From Neocallimastix sp. 'constans' (Eukaryota), in the NCBI GenBank assembly GCA_050613775.1, contig JBODTK010000100.1:1-64000 (forward strand): DNA of 64,000 nt, written 5' to 3'. The position numbers and the translations under genes were made by a program. The notes below the pieces were generated by a model that saw nothing but the letters and a program-made list of their open reading frames with translations, ran no database searches and was not told where the DNA came from. This document shows, piece after piece, positions 55,294-64,000 of this stretch. Each line of letters starts with the position of its first letter. Position 1 is the stretch's first letter.

Positions 55294-56825
55294 TTTATAA
55301 TGGTATTAATTTTATTAAAAAAAAAAAAAAAATAAAAATTTTATATTATAAAAATTTTAATTCTATTAGCAATAATTATTATTTTTATTTATTTTTTTTT
55401 TTTAAAATAGATATTATTATTTTAAATATCATAAATTATTAAATATTAATATTATATATATATATATATTTAAATAGGAATATATACATTAGGTAGGGTA
55501 AGAAAGAAAAATCGATTATCATTTTATTATTTTTTTAATTATATTTCATATAATATGCAATATTGATTAATTATTTATATTTATTGTATATAATGAACTT
55601 TTTATGATATATATATTTATATTTATTATTTTAATTTTTAATATAATTACAATTGAGTTGGCAAATAATATTACAAAAAAAGCGAAAAACCAGCTATAAA
55701 CCACTATTATTATACTATTTTAAAATAAATCAGATATAAGGATCATTTTTCATTTTTTTAAAGTTTATTATAAATAATTATTAATAGAAAATTCAAATAA
55801 AGGAAAAAGAAAAAGAAAAAATAAAAGTGAAACAAAACTTGAAAAAAAATTTTTTTTTCATCTATTTCAGTTTATTAATTGTTTCAAAAAAGAAAGGAAA
55901 AAAGGAAAAAAAATAAGAAACTTTATTTATATAAAAACTTTAAATCCTTTTTTTTTTATTATTTAAATATAATAATTAAAAATATATAAACAATAATAAA
56001 TTAATAAATTAAATATTTAAATATTCAAATATGAAACATTAAGAATATTTGATATAATTATTAATAATATTAATTATTTCTTTAATTATATATTACATTT
56101 CTTTAAATATAATAATATATAATTAATATATAAATGTTGACTATTCTATAGGTAAATTGTCAAATTTTCAAAAAAAGAAGAAAAAAAAAATTTTTTTTAT
56201 TAATTAAAATTTTTTTTGATAGATATTATTTTTAAGATTTCCTTTTATAGTCTTAAAATATTACGAATAATTAGATTTACTTTAATACTGATGTTCATTA
56301 TCTTATCTTAAAAAGAGAGTGTGCCATTCTTTTTTTTTTTTTAAAATAATTTCACTATCATATAAATTGTTTTTTTTTTCTTTTTCTTGGTAAATATTTA
56401 TATTTTTTAATTTGAATTATTTTATAATATATTTGAATTTTTTTTTATATTCTATTTATATTTCTTAATTTAAATTATATTATAATATTAAAGAAGTCTT
56501 TTTACAATTTAAGAGATTCGAAGAAATAGATATGATAAGAAATAATAGATAAGCATATGATAAAAATTGAAAAAAAAAAATTTTTTTTTATGGTTTATTT
56601 ATCTTTTTATAAAGATATGGGGATAATATCCACATCTTAAATGAATATTCAAAATTCCAAATTTAATAATAATTAAAAAATTAAATATTATATTAATTGA
56701 ATTATTATATTATTTAACTTGAAAGATCAATTTATATACAAAAAAAAAATTTATTTTTAATTTAATTTTATGTGTACAATTGTGACAAAATATTTTAATA
56801 AATAATAATAAACATTGTTTTATAT

Positions 56826-57340
56826 CTATAATATAATATAATATAATATAATATAATATAATATAATATAATATAATATAATATAATATAATATAATATA
56901 ATATAATATAATATAATATAATATAATATAATATAATATAATATAATATAATATAATATAATATAATATAATATAATATAATATAATATAATATAATATA
57001 ATATAATATAATATAATATAATATAATATAATATAATATAATATAATATAATATAATATAATATAATATAATATAATATAATATAATATAATATAATATA
57101 ATATAATATAATATAATATAATATAATATAATATAATATAATATAATATAATATAATATAATATAATATAATATAATATAATATAATATAATATAATATA
57201 ATATAATATAATATAATATAATATAATATAATATAATATAATATAATATAATATAATATAATATAATATAATATAATATAATATAATATAATATAATATA
57301 ATATAATATAATATAATATAATATAATATAATATAATATA
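56826..57340. repeat. (ATATA)n perfect pentanucleotide array, ~510 bp
   Basis: Uninterrupted AATAT repeat. Confidence 0.97.
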
Positions 57341-58180
57341 GATATAAAGATTTATATAATATTTTTCTATTTATTTATATTAATTGAAAATAGAATTTGA
57401 ATCAAACAAGAAAAACAAAAAAAAAAAAGAATATTTATTAATAAATAGTAAACAATTATAAACAATTAATAAAAGTAATAAATAATTATAAACTATTATT
57501 AAATAATAAATAAATAGATAAATTATTAATTTAATAAATATTAATAATAATATATATTAAATAAATAAATAAATAAATAAATAATTAATTAATAATATAG
57601 AAAAAAAAGTGTTTAAATCCAGATTACACCCAATTTATTAATGTAAGACTTTTTAAAGAGGATATTTCATTTTTAAGATAGAAAAAAGAGAGCTTAGGAT
57701 CTCATAGAATTGAATTTTTTTTATTTTTTTATTCATTTATTTAATAATAATAAAAATAAAAAAAGTATGATAAATAAAAAAAGAATGATATTTAAAATAA
57801 AAAAATACAATTAAAATAAAAAAATACAATTTAAATAAAAAAATACCATTAAAATAAAAAAATAAAATTAAAATAAAAAAAAATTTTATTTTTTTAAAAT
57901 ATTTATTACTATAAATATTGCTTTATTATTGATATTTTATATATTGTAAATATTTAAATTTAGTTTGAATTTTGTTTTATATAGTAATATATATATTATT
58001 TAATATTTAAAAATAGTTTATTAATAATAATAATCAATTCTTTTATTCTTTTATTATTTTTATTTTTTTTTTATTTTTTTATTATTTTTAAGATTTAAAA
58101 ACATTTCATTGAAATTAAATTAATTTAAAAATTAAAATTTAAATTTAAAAAAATTAAAAAAAATTTTATTTATTAAGATT

Positions 58181-58213
<33 letters not shown>

Positions 58214-58673
58214 GTTATTATTTTATTTTATTTTATTTTTTTTTTCATAGAAGAAAAAGCCAAAGAAGAAAAAAAAAAAAAGAAAAAGAAGAAATTAAAT
58301 AAATAAAAAAAAAGAAAAAAAAATTTTAAAAATTAAAAAAATTTTTTTTTTTGGAATATTCTTAAAATTTTATCCCAAATTTTTAATTGGTTAAGGTTAA
58401 ACTTTAAAAATGTTTTTTTTTTTTTCATTCTTTCATTTTTAGACTAATTAGAAGCAATTCCTGTATATTATATAATATATGTAGAATTTAAAATTTTTAC
58501 TCCTATTTTATTTTTTATTATTTACATTTTTAATTAAAATTTAAAACTAATATATAAATATAGTTATTTTCTCTTGACAGGAATATTTCTATATAAATAT
58601 TTTTTTTTATTGTTATATATATCAATAAATATACATAAATATAAATGAATACAATTATTTCTAGCTCGTTACA

Positions 58674-58716
<43 letters not shown>

Positions 58717-60839
58717 AAATTTATAATTTTTTATAATTATATAATATTTTAAATAATATGAAATGAAATACAAAATTTAATTTAATTTCTTTTAAAATAA
58801 AAAAAAGTCTAATTAATAATTAAAAAAAAATTAATAATTAAAAAAAAAATTAATAATTAAAATAAAATTAGTTTAATAATCAAATAACAAAAAAAAAAAA
58901 AAAAAAAAAAACTTCTTTTTTTTAATAGACAATTCATGTTAACTTTGTAATGATTTTGATTTTTATATATTTTTATTTTTTTTTATTCTAAATTATTTAT
59001 TTGGTATTAAATAAACAATTTTGAACTTTATTTATAACTTTACATATAAATCAATAAATTTATATTTTATGTATTTTTTTTAAAAGAAAAGTGAAAATAA
59101 AATAAAAAAAAAGTTAATAATTAGAAGAATAAATCTTATAACTTTATATCTTATTTTATTTTCTCTAAAATATAAACATAAATATATAAAAAGTTAAATT
59201 GTTTCAAATCAAAAAATTTTATTTTTTAAATTCAGATAATTAATTTATGTATATATAATAAATAAGTATGTAATATATGTTTATATATGTATATATATAA
59301 ATACATATTAGTATAAAATTTGTTAGATAATAGTAAATAAATAAATAAATAAATAAATAAGAGATATAATAAATATAATAAAATAATATTAAAATAAAAT
59401 AAATTACTAAAAAAAAAACAAATAAAATGAAATAAAATATAAAAAAAAAAAAAAAGAAAAAAAAAGGCCAAGATTTTAATTTATTATAATATAATTAAGC
59501 ATTTTGTAGCCAAAAGTTTAAACTTTATATCTTATATTTTTTTATTATTATGATTTATTTTAATTTTTTAATTTTTTTTATTATAATTTTTTATTTTTTA
59601 TTAAAATCTTATTTCTATTAAAATTTTTTATTTCTATTAAAATTTTTATTTAATTTTAATTTTAATTTTTTAATTTTTTTTTTTTTTTGGAATAAATTTA
59701 ATATTATTTGATGATATTAATTAAATATTCTCTAATTTCTTTATCTGGAAATGAAAATCAAAATGCTTAAATTTAATTTAATTTTTAATTTTATTATAGG
59801 TATATACATTTATTAATATTAAAATAATTTTTATATATTTATTAATATTAAAGATAATTTTCATATATTCATTAATCTATTGTATATATAAATAATAAAT
59901 TATTTTTTTATTTTTATTTAGGTATAATTAACAGTAAATGGTATAAAGTTTCTATATCCAATAATTGAAATTAATTAAATCCACTCTACTTTTAATTATT
60001 ATATGACTATATTATTGATTTTCTTTATATATACATATTTATTTTTTTATATATAATACCTTTAAAAATTATTCAAAGTATAACAATTTTCTATTCTATT
60101 AAATATGTATTAAATGAGATAAATATTGTAGTATTAATTAAGAATTCATTTATTTTTCTTTTATTTAATATAAAGATTGTGCTAAAAAAAAAAAAAAACA
60201 TTTTTGTTATAAATAAATGTCATAAATTTACTTAAGATGAAATAAAAAAAAAAAACATGTATTATTATTCCTTTAAATTTAATAATATTATTATTAATGT
60301 TAATAAAAATTATTTCAATTTAATTATTATAATATTTATAATAAGGTTTTTAATATGCATATTACATGTATTAATATATTTATTAGTATTGTTAATGTGG
60401 AATCATGTTTACCGTATTTTTTTTTTTTTTTTTTTTTAAATATTTTCAAACATCATTAAATCCTGTGTCACCATGACAAATAAAAGTTCCATTTTTTTAT
60501 TAAAAAGAAAATAAATAAAGTTTAAATCAATTAAAAATTAGAAAAAAAAAAATAAAACTTGAATTTAATTTATTTTCATAACCTTAATTTCAACTTTAAT
60601 AAATTAAAATCATTTATTAATTAATAAATGAATAATTGAATAATAATAAAAATAATAACAAATAATAATAATAATAATAATAACAAATAATAATAATAAT
60701 AAATTATCATAATTAATAATAATCATAATTAATAATAATAAATATGAATAATAATAAATATGAATAATAATAAATAATAATAGATAATAACAAATAATAA
60801 TAATGATAATAATATATTCATTTTAATTTCATAAATTTT

Positions 60840-60963
60840 TATATATTTTTTATTATCATTTTTTTAATAGAAATAAAGGTTATATATTTTTTATTATCAT
60901 TTTTTTAAAAGAAATAAAGGTTATATAATTTTTATTATCATTTTTTAAATAGAAATAAAGGTT
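60840..60963. repeat. ~41-bp tandem triplication (TATATATTTTTTATTATCATTTTTTTAATAGAAATAAAGGT)
   Basis: Three near-identical copies. Confidence 0.85.
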
Positions 60964-61101
60964 AATCATTTTTAAAAAAGTGCAAATCATTGGGAAGTAT
61001 TAAATGGCTGTAACATTTTGGAGTGACTAGTAAACTTTAATTTTTATTATAATTTTATGTTTTGGTTATAGTTGTTTATTTAACCTGAAATAAAGAAAAT
61101 C

Positions 61102-61137
<36 letters not shown>

Positions 61138-61592
61138 GTCATTTTTCCTAGTTTTTAATGAGAAAAGAACAATTTGAGTTGATAGATTGATGGTGAATAA
61201 AGAAAGAGATAAAGAAAATAATGTTCTCTTCCAATATCATGAAATATTTTTATATATAAACAAAAAGTAATATAAAAAATTAATTAGTAATTCAATATAA
61301 ATTCATTTTATTAAGATAAATAAATAAATAAATAAATAAAAACACATCAGAATTTATATTTGTTGTTATTATTATGATTAAATTTTATATTTTATTATTT
61401 ATTGTTATATAAATTAATTAATAATTGATTAACTTTTTTTTTTAAATTAAATTCATATATTTAAATAAATATTTAAATAAATTATTAAATAATAATAAAT
61501 AATTTAATTAGACCATTATCTTCCATTTTAGGTAAGTAAAATATCATTTGTGATAGTATCAATAAATTTTTAAATAAATAATAAATTAATTA

Positions 61593-61644
<52 letters not shown>

Positions 61645-61656
61645 ATTAATTAATTA

Positions 61657-61708
<52 letters not shown>

Positions 61709-64000
61709 ATTATTAAATAAATAAATAAATAAATAAATTAATTATTAAATAAATAAATTATTAAATAAATAAATAAATAAATAAATTAATATCTTTTAAA
61801 CTTTGATTATATAATGAACATTAATTATTAAAATAATGAAAATAATTATAATATTATAATCAAAAAAATTTAATATAAACTTCAATTTGTAATGAAAAAT
61901 GATTTTCATCCTATTTAATATCCATTTTCTATTTAATATCGATTTACTTTTTAATATAATATTTTAATATTATAGATGTTTATATAATTTTTAAAAATTT
62001 TAAAAAATATATATATTATTATTTGAAGAGTTTATTTTATATTATTATAAAAAAATAATATTAAAAATAATAAATATATATAATATTATAATAAATGTAT
62101 ATAAAATATTAATATTATAATAAATATGAATATATGATAAATATATATCATCAATAATAATAATAAATATATATATCATTTCAATATGTTAAAATAATAA
62201 ATTTAATTTTCAATAAATGAGAAAATGAATGATTCTCTTATTCATTACTATATAATAAATGATAATATCATAAATGAAAAGAGATAATATATATATATAT
62301 ATATTTATTTATTTTGAATAAATAAAAGGAAAAATAACTTCAAAAAGAATTTATTTCTATTTTCTTATTTTTTTTTTTTTTTTAATATATCTTTATCAAA
62401 TTACAATTAAATAGTAAATTGTAATAAAGTAATAATATTAATATAAATATTTGTTTTTTTTAAAAAAAAAATAAAAAAAAAAATTATTATTATAATTATT
62501 ATTATAAGAAATTATTATAATAATAATATTAAAGGAAAATAAAAAAAATTTTTTCTATTATATTTATATGCATAGCTGTTAGCACAATAAATTTAAACAA
62601 TCAAAATAAGACAATAGTAAATAAGTAGTTTTATACCAAATCAGTACTATTTATTTTCTATTTAAATGCTTATATAAAAATTGTTTAATTAACAAACGCA
62701 GTAATCCTTTTTTTTTTTTTTTTTATAATTTATTTTTTTTTCTTTTTCCATTCTTTTATCCTTATAATTTAATAAAAATTTATTTATAATAGAACAAAGA
62801 AATAGTCAAGAGACAAAAAAAAATAAGAGAAAGAATTCATTAAGCAAATTATTATATTATAAAAATAAATTAAATTAATAATAAAATAAAAAATTCTTTA
62901 ATAAACTAATATTATTACTAAAATAAATTGAAAAAATAAAAAAAACATTATTTCATTCATTCATTTTTTTTTTTTATATTGATATGAAATAATTGTATTA
63001 TCAATAATAAATATATATTTATTAAAAAATATTTTTAATGTTAAAATATTTAAAACTAAAGGTAATATTCAAATCAAGGTATAATTTATAAATTTAAAAA
63101 AAAATAGGAATGAAATTTTTAATATGTAATACTAATTAATAAATTTATTTTTATGTTATTGAATTTTAATATATATATATGTATATTGAATTTATTTATA
63201 TAAATTATAGTAACGAAAAAATAACGTCATTTATATATATATAACAGAAAATAAAATTTATTTTTAAGACTTTATTTTTTTAGGAGTTTAAAAATTGAGA
63301 TAAAAAAAATAATATTTTATTCTAATATTTTGAATTATATTGATTCTTAAAATAAATTTTTGCTATTATAAGTAATTTTTACTAATTTCAATAGTTACAA
63401 AAAAAAAAAAAAAAAAAAAAGAAAAAAGAAAAAAGAAAAAAAAAAATTATTTTTTTTCTTTCTTTCTTTCTTTCTTTTTTTTTTTTTTTTTTTTTTTTTT
63501 GGAAAAGTACTTGTAAATATTATTGAATATATAAAAGGAGACTACTATTTTGCTAGAAATCACATTACAAACTTTTTTTTTTATCATTTTGATAATAGAT
63601 AAAAAAAAAAATAAATAAAAGTAAAAATATAAATAAAAATAAAAATAAAGACAATATATATATATATAAATATATAAAAAATTTTTTATACCAACCAAAG
63701 TTTCAACTTAAAGAATCTTTGTAAATATATATACACACATATATATTAAGAAAGTCAAAAAGTTCAAATTATTTTTTAATTTTGATACTTTGTAATTAAT
63801 ATATCAATTTTTTTTTTCTTATTTAATACTTTCAATATTTTTAAAATAAAAATAAAAATATCAAATAGTTAAATTAAGTCAAAAATAGTAATTAAAAAAA
63901 AAGAATTTTCTACTCTTGTAATTTTTTTTTTTTTTTATAAGAAAAATTTTATTAAGAATTAAAATTAAAAAAAAAAAAAACAAAATGAGAGATTCAATAT

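Overview
Extremely AT-rich, intron-rich eukaryotic DNA. Composition, intron style and gene content suggest an anaerobic gut fungus (Neocallimastigomycota); this is an inference. Eight protein genes can be reconstructed by hand from GT-AG spliced exons. They are: the 3' part of a G3BP/Bre5-type NTF2+RRM gene, EMC7, an unusual GT4-N-domain/TLC-like membrane fusion, TMA16, a very large KDM5/JARID1-like gene whose JmjC iron ligands are all substituted, a BAR-SH3 endophilin-like gene, an intronless 4-TM orphan (horizontal-transfer candidate) and PheRS beta. Four GC-richer islands of about 400-750 bp lie in intergenic DNA and look like mobile-element insertions. These are a tRNA(3'-half+CCA)-headed, highly structured, T-tailed element with a TSD (3.07-3.48 kb), a poly(A)-tailed non-coding element with a ~45-bp hairpin (31.6-32.0 kb), a decayed ORF-bearing element (41.7-42.5 kb) and a 5'-truncated LINE-like 3' end with a perfect 14-bp TSD (54.8-55.3 kb). 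The last 14 kb contain no recognisable host gene and are mostly micro/minisatellites. Most short ORFs in the supplied track are low-complexity artefacts.
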